NCBI RefSeq assembly: GCF_009914755.1
Contig: NC_060947.1
DNA from: the human T2T-CHM13v2.0 reference genome, Homo sapiens
Direction: 5' to 3' (one strand)
DNA length: 64,000 nucleotides
Shown: piece after piece, positions 33,319 through 47,940 of the stretch
Position numbering within the stretch: position 1 is the stretch's first letter
Layout: the number at the start of each line of letters is the position of its first letter
The notes under the pieces: model-generated
The model's input: only the letters and a program-made list of their open reading frames with translations
Database searches by the model: none
Told to the model about the DNA's origin: nothing
Position numbers and translations under genes: made by a program

Positions 33319-36085
33319 TTCAACTCCGTGAATATGGAAAGATAATGACCCAGTTGTGTCACTATACTGTGTCCCTTTGTAACACCACGTTCCCCAGCAG
33401 CTTAGCCTCTTCCTGATGCCCCTGCCTGCCTTCCTCTACTATGGTACTCTTATATCCTCCTATGGTACTCTCTAACATTCTATCTTATATTTTAGGCCAG
33501 AAAAGACCAAAAGTTTTTTACCTCCTTTGCCAACACAAAGTTCAATTCACAGTGGTTTCCTAGAGCATTGTGTTGAACAGGATTCTGAGGCTCTGTCTGG
33601 AGAGGCTGGTAAAAGTCTGATGTTTGCCATGGGTGTAGGAAGTGAACGAGCAAAGCATGTATGCCATGGATTTGCCATTCTTGTTCTGGACACTCCTTTT
33701 CTACTTCTCACTATCAATGCTTATGTATTTATTACCTCACTGTCTCAATGCCATGCTAAGTAACTGCACAGAAAATGTGACGAGCCAATTCCAGCTAATG
33801 GTTGATCAGTGACTATGATTTATTTATAATTCTCAAGTAACTGTGCATTTTGATAGGGCACTTTAATTCTTCGCAAAAATAAAATTAATGGTAGAATTTT
33901 TACTCATTGGGCATTTTGTCATTTTTCAATTCCATCCATTTAAATAAACTTAGGATCACAATATGCTGTTTGGGACCTCAGTTCCCCTACCTTCTTGTAT
34001 ATTGGCAACATTGGTGAGGAAAGGCATCCTATAAAAAAGATAATGGACCAGTTTGTGTCCATCGACACCACCAAAGAGAAAGGAGCAAGACCTGCTTAAG
34101 GACACCAGAAATGGAGGACTGTGGGGAACAACTGAGCCAGTTACAAAGACTGGCCCTACCAGGAGCAGTTCAGCAACTCAGACCCAGCCGCAAAGGGCAC
34201 TGACAAACCACAGGAGACTGAACGATTGTAATTACTGATCACATTTGCTTAGAGTGTTACCATGTACAAAATGCTTTCTCATTTTTCTGTATTGATTGAT
34301 CCTCTGAGTTATTTGGCTAAGCCTTACTTGTAATCATTGTTTTTTAGATTCCCCATATGCTTTCACTGGGGTTGGGGGCAGGATCACTGAATGTGATTCT
34401 TGGAAGGTGGGTTTTTATGAAAGAAACAAGATTTATTGAGAATCCTGAGTCTGGTCTAGGAAGTGAATGGGTAAACTATGTCCAAATAGTAGTAGGCATA
34501 CAGGGTTCACGACGACTATAAAAGGCCAAGTAGTGTTTACACAGCCCTTTCCATCAGGAATGTGTGAGAATGTAGCTAAATGTGGATGGGATTGTGCCAT
34601 CTGCCCCTTTAGTCAGGCAGTCAACAGACACCTGGGGACATGTACAGCTACAAGGAAACAGCACTGCACTAGACCAGAGGAACATAGATGACTAACACAA
34701 TTTCTTCCCCTAGAAATTCACCATATGCCTTCATTCAGCTCCAGATTCTCTTCTTTCATTACCTGGATGTCATATGGTTCTCTTTTCCTTGCTAATCCAC
34801 ATTCAGGCTGATTATGAAAGTCTATGTAAAGACATTTGCTTTCTTTTGTTTGATTCATGAATGCTAGAGTTCTGTTTCTTGGCCTTTAGCTCATTAACAT
34901 TCAGTTTCTAAAGTACAAGTGCTTTCTTTGCAAATTTATGTTTAATTACATGATGACTACATGAATGCATTCTCATTTGTAAGATAGTCACCCATACAGC
35001 TTCATTAATTCATCTTTGATATTCTTGCCTCCTGTACCCACTCTGAGGCTTCTCCACAGAGGTAATGACTGTTCTCAGTTATTCTGAACTGTTCAGCATC
35101 CCTCTAACAATGTCTGTTCGTATTTGCAACTCACCAAACACTTGGCTTGGCTCATTTTATCTATCCATCAATACCTTCTACAAAACGCTTTCCCTGACTG
35201 TGGTTAGAGAATGACAGCGCCTCTCTGGCATGAAAGAGCAGAGGACTGGGGGCAAGGGGCACTATCTCCAGTACCAACTGTTCCCTCAAAGATTCTCCTT
35301 TCCTATAGCCTTTAGTGAGCCTGTCATTTTCACCTCTGCAGATTCCCCTGAGCAGCTACAGGCCGGAGTTACAAGCTTACCCTGGTTGCAGAGTTCTGCC
35401 TTGCTGCAGTTGGGTTGTTTGACCATATTGTCACAGCTACGCTATTTTAGGGTAGGCTTTAGAAGGATGATAGTCAGATGACATGGAGCTAAGCTATACT
35501 AGGTGCCCACTTTCAGGAGATGGTTGACTAAATTCAAACCTGCTTTGACTAGTGTTTCTCTCCCTTCTTAATCTCCCCACCCCCTGCCCAAGTGAAACTT
35601 GGTTATGGTTCTCTAATGCCTTAGGTTTCCTTACCCTTGGGCATGCCTAGCTGCCCCTTTTCCCTTTTGTCTTAGAATATTTCCTTTCATTTTTTTCCTT
35701 ATTTGAGAACTAACACACTGCTAGAACTTTTTCAGTGTTTGCAGAAAGGTGGTGTATGTCAAAAGATGCTGATGTCTAAAAGATGAAGATGGTAAAATTG
35801 CTAGATGGGACCCAAGGGCCAATATGGCATGCTGGTTCCTTCCACCAGTTTCAATGATGCTCCGGTCACTTGCAATGAGATGCAGTTGTAAGGTAATAGA
35901 TGTGGGCTTGTCTGTAAGTAGATTGTGTCTATTTGTTTACTTTATAAAACTTTATAGAAATATATTCCACTGAGATGGGCTTGGATATTGTATTGGGCTG
36001 ACTCATGATGCCAGCAGTTATAATGAGACCAGTAAATTTATTAAATTCCTGAGGCTAGACTGTTGCTGCCTTCTCTATGTTATAC

Positions 36086-36350
36086 CATGTATTAGTTTCT
36101 TATTTGCTATAGCAAACTACCAAAAGTTTAGTGGCTTAAAATAATACACGTTTATTCTCTTGCAGTTCTGGAGCTCAAAAGTCTAATATGAGTTTTAATG
36201 GGATAAAATCAAGGCAGTTTTTTGCTCTGGTTCCTTCTTCCATCTTCAAAGTGCATCACTCCAATTTCTGCTGCTGTCATTCCATCTCCTTTGTTTATTG
36301 ACTTTCTTGCCTCACTCTTATAAGGGTCCTTGTGATTACATTGGACTCAT
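36086..36350 (-). mobile_element. MaLR LTR fragment (MLT1)
   Basis: tgtattagtttct...gctatagcaaactacc..tttagtggcttaaaa. Confidence 0.7.
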
Positions 36351-37078
36351 CCACTTTGGTATGCCCAAGTAGGGAGGTCAAGAGAAGGCTCTGACTGGAC
36401 ACTTGGGAGTAATAAAGATACGGAAAACAACTGAAGCCATATTGGATGATGGGACACTACATAGAGCAATGGTTCTTAATCTTTGAGGAAAACTGAATGA
36501 ACCCTAATGATCTTTGCTTCAGAAAAATGCAAATTCAGACACAATTTCACATGCAATTTTAGCGGCTTAAGTATTCTCTAGGCATTCATGAATGCGAGGT
36601 TAAGAACTCTTGATGTATAGTTATCTAGGATAACTATTCAGTTGGATCCTTACCTCATAGCTCTCACCAAAATACATTCCAATGGCTCAAGGATTGGATC
36701 ATTATCAAAGAAAACATGGAAGAGTTTAAAAAATCTTGTGTGTGATAGAGGCGTTTCTAAGCATAAGACAAAAATCTCTAACACATGAAAGGAAATATTA
36801 AAAAATTCAACCACACAGGAATGTGTGTGTGTCTGTGTGTGTTTGTATTCTGCATGGAAATAAAATCATAAACAAAATTAGAAGGGAAATAACAAAATGA
36901 GAAACACTTTGCAACTCATACCAAAGCCGAAGGGCTTTCTTAACAGTAAAACATTCTTAAATTGATAAGAAAAAGACCAACAGACTAACTGAATAAATGC
37001 GAAGAGCAAGTTCACAGAAATTGATACAAAAACTTTTTTGAATCTTGAAAAGATGCTCAATTTCATAAAATGCCAGTT

Positions 37079-37253
37079 TCTTTTTTTTTTTTCTTTTCTT
37101 TTTTTCCTTTTTGAGACAGGGTCTTGCTGTGTCACCCAGGCTGAAGTGCAGTGGCACCATTATGACTCACTGCAACCTCTGCCTCCGGGATTCAAGATTC
37201 TCATGCCTCAGCCACCCCAGCAGCTGGGATTACAGGTGCACACCACCATGCAA

Positions 37254-37284
<31 letters not shown>

Positions 37285-37412
37285 GTATTTTTAGTAGAGA
37301 CAGGATTTCGCCATGTTGGCCAGACTGGTATTGAACTCCTTGCCTCATGTGGTCCATCCATCTCTGCCTCCCAAAATGCTGGGATTACAGGCGTGAGCCA
37401 CCATGCCTGGCC
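37079..37412 (-). mobile_element. Alu with expanded internal linker (T28 at 37257-37284)
   Basis: Reverse-complement Alu; counted T run. Confidence 0.92.
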
Positions 37413-37538
37413 AAGAGAAATGCCATTTTCAAATATTAATTTGAAAAATATGAAGACAACTGAGCACAGTCTTAGTGATAGTAGAGGAAAAATTCCATAC
37501 ATATGCTGCTACTGGGAATGCAGTATGTACCACCTCTA

Positions 37539-37992
37539 GCCCAGTGTTCATCAAACTGAAATGTGCACACAGATTACCTGGGAATCTTGTTAAAATGCAA
37601 ATTCTGGTTCAGCTGGTCGGGGGAGGGGCCTGAGATTTTGCATTTGTTTTTGAGATAGAGTCTCACTGTGTTGTCCAGTTTGGAGTGCAGTAGCATGATC
37701 ACAGTTCACTGCAGCCTTGACCTCCTGAGCTCAAGTGATCCTCCCACCTCATCCTCCCTCGTAGCTGGAACCACAGGTGCATGCCACCACACCTGGTTTA
37801 TATTTCTTGTAGAGATGGGTTTTTGCCATGTTGCCCAAGGTGTTCTCGAACTCCTGGGCTCAAACGATCTGCCCACCTCCCCTTGCCAAAGTGCTGGGAT
37901 TACAAGCATAAGTCACCACACCTGGCCCGAGATTTTGCATTTCTAACAAACTCCCAGGTGAGGCCAGTACTGCTGGTCCACAGAACAGACCA
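37539..37992. mobile_element. MER5A split by an Alu
   Basis: attacctgggaatcttgttaaaatgcaaattctg...gagattttgcatttctaacaaactcccaggtga. Confidence 0.8.
37646..37927 (-). mobile_element. AluJ
   Basis: TSD gagattttgcattt 37632-37645 and 37929-37942; AluJ-like cactgcagccttgacctcctgagctcaag. Confidence 0.9.
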
Positions 37993-39784
37993 CACTCTGT
38001 GTTATAAGCTCTAGTAATTTGTAAATATTTAATAAATTTTTAAATAAAAGTCTCTCTTCAACCATCAATACCATTTCTATGAATTTTTCCTACTTTTATT
38101 CTCACATATGTGGGAAATGGTGTGTGTTCTAAGATATTTCTCATGAAATTGGGTGTAAAAACAAAAGATAGCAAGCTACGCCAATATCTGTCATCATAAG
38201 TGTGCTAGCACTTTCTTCTCCCTTCTTTGTTCCTACTCTATATCTACAATGGTTTCAATATTTTAGAAGACTAAAAACTACATTTATCAGACTGATGCAG
38301 CTAGGATTTGTGACATGATTTAGATTTCATCGATGAGCTGCATTTTCATGAAATGTAGTGATGAGACATTTTCCTGATGCTTTGGAGTCTGAAAAGGAAA
38401 ATGAGGCAGAGATGAGCATTTGCAGCAGCTGGACTCCACATTCCAACATGTACTCACTAGCTTCATGAGCATGAGATTCAGCTGTGGGAGTGTCGTGACA
38501 GCATCAGTCACAGTTCTCTGACTTTGTAATCACAGCAGTTATGGTATGACTTTTGTCTTTTCAAAAATATACCAGAAAGCATGAGAATGATGTGACTTTT
38601 AAATCATTAGCCCATGGGCAATCCCCTAAATTGCTCCCAATGAGTTTCCAAGCACCTAATTTTCTGTGTTAAAACTCTTTCTACTTAAAATGCCTAGAGT
38701 GTTTACTGCACATAATCCTAAATAAAACAGTATTTGGCACCAAGATGGAAAACTAAAATTAGTTATCTAACCTGTTTGTGTTTGATGACAGTGATAACAA
38801 CACCATACTAGTTTGTATTGTCCTACCATATAAATAACCCTATCCAGCTGAAATACTATTCAAGGGCAAAGGAAAAACAGAATGCTAAATGAAGAAAGAA
38901 ATTTCACCAAGAAAAACCTCATGAGTAGTTGTGAAATCAAGGAATATAGTAGCTACATACATTGTTTCCTTGCCATTTTGTGTATATACCTTTATATAGT
39001 AACCAAATTTCATTTCTCCATTTTCTCCTTCACCTTTATTTTACATAAAGGTGTTACAAGTATAATTTAGTTTATACTAAATTAGTATAGTGTTTAGTTA
39101 TAGTTTAGTCATTGTGTTACAAGACATAAAATTTCAATTGTGACTAATTTTAAAAAGTAATTAAAATCACTCAGAGTTTGATTCTGCAACTAATAGAATA
39201 GGTTCCCCTTTATGGAGAGAGGATGAATATATTTTCACTGTAGAAGGTAATATATAATATAAGGTGTGACCATATTGTTGCAATTTAAAGATAGGTGGAA
39301 GGATAGATATTTATGGTGAATAATCCAAATGGCTAGACAGTGTTGTTCAATCAGGCTTTGATATCCTTTTCCACTCTTCTTTCTGTTTTATTTAGGTTCT
39401 GCCATGAGTTTATCTTATACAACAAGAAAGTGACTCCAAGTTGAAAAGCATCCAGACTAAAAGTAAGACAAAGGCCATCTCTGTGATATTATGCAGGCTG
39501 CATACAAAGTCAGACAGGTATGAATGTATGTGGCTGTTGGTTTCCATCTTCCAGGGTCTACTCACCAGCCATTTGGTGGTGAGACAACGCCATTTGTGGC
39601 CATGGTGATAGCAACTTCTGAATCTCTGGATGACAGCTATGGTTGTATAACTTTGAAACCAGTAATTCGGGGGCAACCCCATTATTTCCACTTTTTCTTC
39701 CCTTTCGATTACTTCATCTCACCTAATTCCTTTCATTTACATACCAGAAAGCAAGTGAATTTCTACTTCCTGCATTAAACTCTA

Positions 39785-40165
39785 AGAGGGCTGGTTAAAT
39801 AAATTATAATACATCCATATGTAGACACACTCTACATCTACATGCACACAAAAGATGTAGCTCTATATATACATATATGCAACAATCTACGTGATACATT
39901 ATTAAACAGTAAAAGCAAGACTCAGTATGTATGTAGTATTATACAGTATCTTGTGTGTGTCTATGTGTGTGTATACATAAAATATCTCTGCAAGGATACA
40001 CAAGAAATCCATAACAGAGATTCCCTTAAAAAGAGAAATGGGGTGTCTGAGGGTCAACAGAATACAAAGGAGACTCTTCACTTGACACCCTTTGTATCTT
40101 TGGAAGTTTTATCAACTGAGCATATTATACCAACAAAAAATGTTTATGAAACAAATTAAAAAGAA
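39785..40165 (+). mobile_element. Old L1M (L1ME-like) 3' end
   Basis: ggctggttaaataaattat..acatccatat...aaaagcaagactcag. Confidence 0.55.
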
Positions 40166-41387
40166 CTTCTGATCTAGGGTGAGAGAAAAGAAGGCCTAGA
40201 AGAAAGCCCTAACTATTATCAGCATATAAAGGAAGGGCATGTACAAAGGAAACAGAGAGTGGCTCAAGAGCTTGTAGTAACAATGGGAAAGATAGGGAAA
40301 CAGAGACAAAGGTAGTGGAGTGTTTCCAGAAGGGCGAGAGTTAGCGCCTGAGTAAATGCTGCCAGAGGGCCAAGAAAAGCAAGATAGAAAACCCAATTGT
40401 TACTTGGGTTAGCACCAAGGTCTTGGTGAAAGGAGTTTTAATGGAATGCATGCTTCACTCCTCTGAAGAATATGAGGAGGTTATTGGGTTGAAAGAGGAG
40501 AGACAGCATCCCTTTTTTAAAAAAGGTTATACTGCTTGCTCAAAGGTGCAGTTAGTTCAGATGGCCTTAAAGATTCAAATCAGTTTAGAGACCCCTATAT
40601 TCTAGTGGGTTATCCTAATAAGCTGTTGTGATTTTTTTTAAAGCCCCTCTATTGCTTACTGCGTGAAATAAAGTCACTAGATGAAATTTAGAACACATCT
40701 ACTAACATAACTTTCTGGGAAATAGTTTCATTATCCAGCAGGATCTGGGCTTTTGTCTCCAAATTATAAAAATAGTATGAAAGGAATAGGATGTAAAGTC
40801 CTTAAAAGACTGGTGAGTACTAGTAGTTTGGAGGGTGACATGCACGGCTGTCTTTAGTTTTCATATGGAAAATGAGAGTCAAAGCAGTGACATGCTCTCA
40901 AGGCTGTAGGAAGGGTCATTAGGAGGACAAAGCCATGCCATGGGTTTTAGATTTATTTTATTTTAATTCTTATCCCTAAATCCATGAGAAATCCCACTAT
41001 ATTCATGTATCTTCTAGAATAATTTATTAAATAATTCAGTAACTTATTAGCCACACTTTTTGCCCCCTAGAACTTAAAATCTAGTATAAACAACATTGAT
41101 ATGATATAAACTGAATGTAAACAGCATATAATTTAAATTAGTATACAAGTTGAAGATACATGTATTTTATTCTAAAAGCTTTATCATCCTCACTTATGAA
41201 AGAACATGAAAAACAGAATATACAATTTTGCTGCTTTCATGCTCTTTTGGGGATGTCTTTTGGTCTCACGTCTGTAAGAGACCTATTTGCAAAATAACCA
41301 GTACTCATTTAAAAACTGCCTGGAAAATGTTATTAAGCTAATAAAAGTGAATTAATATTTAGGTCTAGTTGAAATGATACAGTTTAA

Positions 41388-41788
<401 letters not shown>

Positions 41789-42841
41789 TAAAATTGTTTT
41801 TTAAACAATATTGGATGAAAATTTCAAAAGTTTTCCAAAAAAGTAAGTTTGATAGCACAAATCCATCTGGTCAGAGACATTGTCTTTATAGGGAATCTAG
41901 TAGCTTTCTGTTTATAAAATTAATCCAGTATTATTTGTATTTTTTCCTTTGGGATATAAACAAGGAAAAAAATGGCACATGAGATTAAATACAGAGAACT
42001 ACATAGTTATCACATCTAATCTATCAATCTCAATGAGCAGGTCCAAAGGATGTTAGGTATGTTTATAAGACAAGAGACTTAGGTTAGCCACAATCCAAGG
42101 ATTTAGCAAACACAGTGAACTGATGTGACATGTTTGACCATATTTTCTCATTGTTAGCTGTGGTCAAAAATGTCATGCCGGGCATTAAGCAACTTTTGAA
42201 CCTCCCTTCGATGTCTAGACTTTAGCCAAAGTGGACTTTGTTTTCATCTTCTAAACCTTTGCACATGCTTTTTCCATTTGCTCCACGATCAACTTTTCCT
42301 CTCTGATCTCTTCTTATCTTTCAGCACAATTTCTCTGGAGGAGGAATATCTGTGCTCCAGATATTCTCTGGCCTTCAGCCATGAAGTTGCTCACCCCTGC
42401 TATGTCCTCCTATAGCACTCTGTACTTCCTTTTTCATTACATTTTTTTCTTCATTAAGTTTGTAAATTCATCTGTCAATTCAACTAGTCTTGGCTTCATA
42501 GGGCTAGGGACTGTACTAATGTGCTGCCATCTCATATCTCCTCCAGTGTCTAGTGTCTAATAAATACTTTCTGGATAAATGAATACTCTAAATGACCATA
42601 CTGCATAATTCTCATTCCTATTCTTGGTGTTTCTCAGTCACTGTGTTTCTCCTCCTGGTGCACACACATCTTTGAAAATGCAGAATTTACATTATAGATT
42701 AACTGCAACTTATATAAGTTTTATATAAACTTGTAACATTTTATATAAACTTTTGTAAACTTATCTCCTTGGTGTAAAAGTACTGCTGGATAGAAAAGGT
42801 GCAGGTCTCTTTAGGACTCTCAAGTTCTGAACTGCACCCAC

Positions 42842-43698
<857 letters not shown>

Positions 43699-44021
43699 TG
43701 ATTAATGTATCCATATCTAACTCAGGATTGTTGGAAAGATTAAAGGATAATATACTATAAGGTACTTAGCACAGTGTTCAGTATGTATAATTGTTTCCTA
43801 TCATCATCATTGTTGTCATCATCCACCACTACTTTATTCTGCTCCTCAGGTCCCTTCTGAACTTGGTCAAATGTAAACTCCAAAAGTAGAAATGAACACT
43901 CCTTTCAGAACTTTCCTTTTCTGCAGCAGTGTCTGGGCAGGCAGACTAACGAAAATGTATAAAGATACAGGTAAACTTTCATAGTATATTACAAAAATGA
44001 ACACATAAAAGTTTATGGCAG

Positions 44022-44082
44022 TAAAACCGATCCAATAGTCCCATAGATAATTTTTTGGATAAAGAGAAATTGACCCTTCTGG
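44022..44082 (+). mobile_element. Displaced, inverted 5' end of the same ERV1 LTR
   Basis: taaaaccgatccaatagtcccatag...gaaattgacccttctgg; its reverse complement continues the LTR from 43258-43273. Confidence 0.7.
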
Positions 44083-44089
44083 GGGCCAC

Positions 44090-45470
44090 TTTTTCTTTTT
44101 AATGAGTGCTTTTTGTGTCTAAAAATTTGCTATCTTGAAAGTCATGAAGACATTCTTTCATGCTTTTGTTTAGATGTTTTATTGTTTTAACCTTGCATAC
44201 ATAGATCTACAATCCATCTGAAATTGATTTTTACATATGGTTGAAGTAGAAGATCAAGATTCCTTTTTTATATGGACATGCAATTGATCCAGCACCATTT
44301 ATTAAAGAGATCATCTTTGCCTCACTGCACTGAAGCAACCCCCTTCTCACAATTCAAGTGGCATGTGTGGGTCTGTTACTGGACTCTATTCCAGCAGTCC
44401 CCAATCTTTGTGGTACCAGGGACTGGTTTTGTGGAAGTCAAGGGGGGCATGGTTTTGGAATGAAACAGTTCCACCTCAGATCATCAGGCATTAGTTAGAG
44501 TCTCATAAGGGCTGCACAGCCTAGATTCCTTGCATGTGCAGTTCACAATAGGGTTTGTGCTCCTATGAGAATCTAATGCCAATGCTGGTCTGACAGGAGG
44601 AGGAACTCAGATGGTAATGCTGGCTCGACTGCAGCTCACCTCCTGCTGTGCAGACTGGCTTCTGCCAGGCCACAAACTGGTACCAGTCTGCAGCCCAGGG
44701 CCTGGGGACCTCTGCTCTGTTCTGTTCAGTTCATCTATTTGTCTTTTCTTACATCCGTACCACAGCATCTTAAATACTGCAGTTTTATAAGAAGCCACAA
44801 TATCTGATGATAAAAGTCCTCTAGGTTTGTTCTGCTTTTTCAAAATTTTGGTGGCTGTTTCTGGCCCTTTTCATTTCCATACAAATTTTAGAATCTGCTT
44901 TTCAATTTTCAAAAAACTTCTAGGATTGCATTGTATTTATGAATCTATAGATCAATTTAGGGAGAGCTAGCATCTTTATAATATTAAGCTTCTTGATCTA
45001 TAAACATGATGTATTCCTCCATTTACTTAGGTCTTTTTTAATTTCTCTTAATAATTATGTGTTTTTCACATCTTCTACTAGATTCATTCTAGGTATTTGA
45101 CCTTTTTGATACTGTTGTAAATGCTATTCCAAATTTCATTTTCTACTTGCTTATTGCTAGCATACAGAAACACAACTGACTTTGTATACAGCAACCTTAC
45201 AAAGTATCTTTATAGCTTATCTACAGATAGAGTTTTGGGACTTTTTTGTGACATAGACAATTGTGTCATCTGAGAATAATGATAGCTTTATTTCTTCATT
45301 TTCAATCTCTATGCCTTTAATTCCTTTTATCTGCCTTATTGTTTTGACTAAGATCTCAATATTGCATAGAATTGAGGTAAAATGAGCATCCTGTCTTAGT
45401 CCCCATCTCAGGGGAAAAGCTTGCCATAATTCATGCTAAGTGCAATGTTCTGTAATGATTTTTTTATCCC
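44090..45470 (-). mobile_element. Old L1M ORF2 fragment
   Basis: ccagcaccatttattaaagaga; catttccatacaaattttagaatc; gaatctatagatcaatttagggag. Confidence 0.75.
44392..44714 (+). mobile_element. MER1B-like hAT element
   Basis: TIRs cagcagtcccca / tggggacctctg; 8-bp TSD ctct(a/g)ttc 44384-44391 and 44715-44722. Confidence 0.88.
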
Positions 45471-45782
45471 TAGATTTAAAATATTCATTACATGAGTAGT
45501 TTACTTCATTTGAGAATCCATCTCTTTCTTATCAAAAAGGTAACCTTGAGTTCCTTTAAATTATTTAATTTAACAACATTCAGTAGTACTTGATAAATTT
45601 CTGGCATATGATTTTCACCTTGAATATTAATGTAACATATACCAATATTTTTTAAGGAGTGTACCTCTGTTTTGCTGCTTGGATCTCGCCTATTTGCATG
45701 CGCGTGCACGTGTGTGTGTGTGTTTAAATAAAAGGAAATAAAATATATAGACTTGGGTTTATGCTAAAGCTATTCAGGTCAC

Positions 45783-46119
<337 letters not shown>

Positions 46120-46975
46120 CACATTTTAAATTTAAACTAAAATGAGATTGGGATGATGTTTGAAGCCTGAAGAACCACTGATTCATTTTTTTTCATTCAA
46201 CAAACAATTTTGAAGCAATTAGGATGCACCAAGAACGAGTCTCTGGGGACTTTGAAGGCTGAATATTTGCTAATTGTTTTATTTAACAAGCTTTTTTTTT
46301 TCCTCAAGAAATTATGATGTACCCAGAACTGTACAAGTCCCTGGAGATATGGAGGGGATCTCAAGGAGTTCCTATTGCACAGGGAGAAAATGAGACATAA
46401 ACAGATTTATCCCACAGTATGATAAACACATAATAGAAGGATGCATGTGGAGATACGCATAGGGGCCCCCAGCTCACCTTTGGCCAGGGGCAGTTGGCAT
46501 CTGTGAAGACTTTGCACAGGAGACGATGCCTGAGTTGAAGCATAAAAGATAAATATGAACTAACTAGGCAAAGAGGAATACAGGTAGAAATATTGCATCA
46601 AAGCAAATGGCCAAAAGTAAACAAACAAAACAGCATTTGTTCATTCAACAAATATTTATTGAGTGCTTCCTATGTCACAGACATAGCATTTGGCATAAGG
46701 TTCTGATAAATAAAAATAGACATAGTCCCTGCTCTCCTGAGTAGCTTTCAGAAGTAGGGTAAGAGATATTTATAAAATCTTATTTGAGACCTTTTTTCCA
46801 AGTATTCATTAACCTCCAAACACATTCTTATAGTCTGAATATTATTACATTACTAAAACAAAAATCAGTGTCTAATACATAGCTATAATTTCAGAGGCAA
46901 TTTTCCAACAATTTTAGTGGGAAGTCTCAGAAATTCATTTACAGTTTGATTTTTCCATCTTGGACTACAGTTTCT

Positions 46976-47293
<318 letters not shown>

Positions 47294-47886
47294 TAAACTG
47301 TTTTATAAGTGATGGTTAGGTTTACCCTCCAGCACTCAAAGCCTATTTAACCCATAATATACATGAGGTATTAATAGTTCTATTTCAAATACACTGAATC
47401 ACTTATTATGTCATATCTATGAAAAAATGCTAGGCTTTGGGGATACATGTTTGCAAAAGATGACACAGTCCTGGGTCTCATCGAAGTTACAATTTAGTAG
47501 AAGAGACAAATAATTAAACAACCACACAAATGAATGTGTGATGATGATCTGAGACGATGGCTACAAAATGAAGGGACCGGTGGAGACATAATGAAGCACC
47601 ACAGCCTATCCTTTGGGTCTGGAAAGACCAACGTGGCAACCAGGCAAAGGAGCAGAGGAAGAACATTCTGGATAAGGTGTTAAAGGAACTGGGACAAGAT
47701 CAGTGTGGGTGGTGTAGGGCAAGAGAGGAAGACAGTGGCATGAGAAAGGCCATGTCAAGACTATACTTTGCCTAGTGAGCCATGCCATTTCTTTCTAATA
47801 GCAAAGAGAAGTCCCTGGGAGACTAAAAGCAGTGCAGTTAGTATCATGATAGATTTACATATTACAATGGTTCATCCTACCCACAC

Positions 47887-47940
47887 TGTGAAAAAAAGAT
47901 GCTACAGAGTCCATGTGACAAAAAGATGCTACAGAGTCCA
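47887..47940. repeat. 27-bp tandem duplication, 1 mismatch
   Basis: tgtga(a/c)aaaaagatgctacagagtcca x2. Confidence 0.9.

Larger units (their letters stand above)
36620..38190 (+). mobile_element. Old L1M fragment carrying nested Alu and MER5A(Alu) insertions
   Basis: ttggatccttacctcat..caccaaaatacattcc; continues either side of the nested elements. Confidence 0.55.

Noticed and set aside
33439-33471. 12-bp direct repeat ctatggtactct
   Set aside because: Short local duplication, no wider structure.
38200-39770. Sequence that looks like an old LTR or other repeat
   Set aside because: Could not assign a family or boundaries by eye.
42707-42762. 14-bp palindrome and ttatataaact repeats
   Set aside because: AT-rich low-complexity duplication.
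42785-42841. Faint MIR-like 5' piece suggesting a more complex rearrangement than a single inversion
   Set aside because: Similarity too weak; TSD and microhomology evidence fit the simple inversion.
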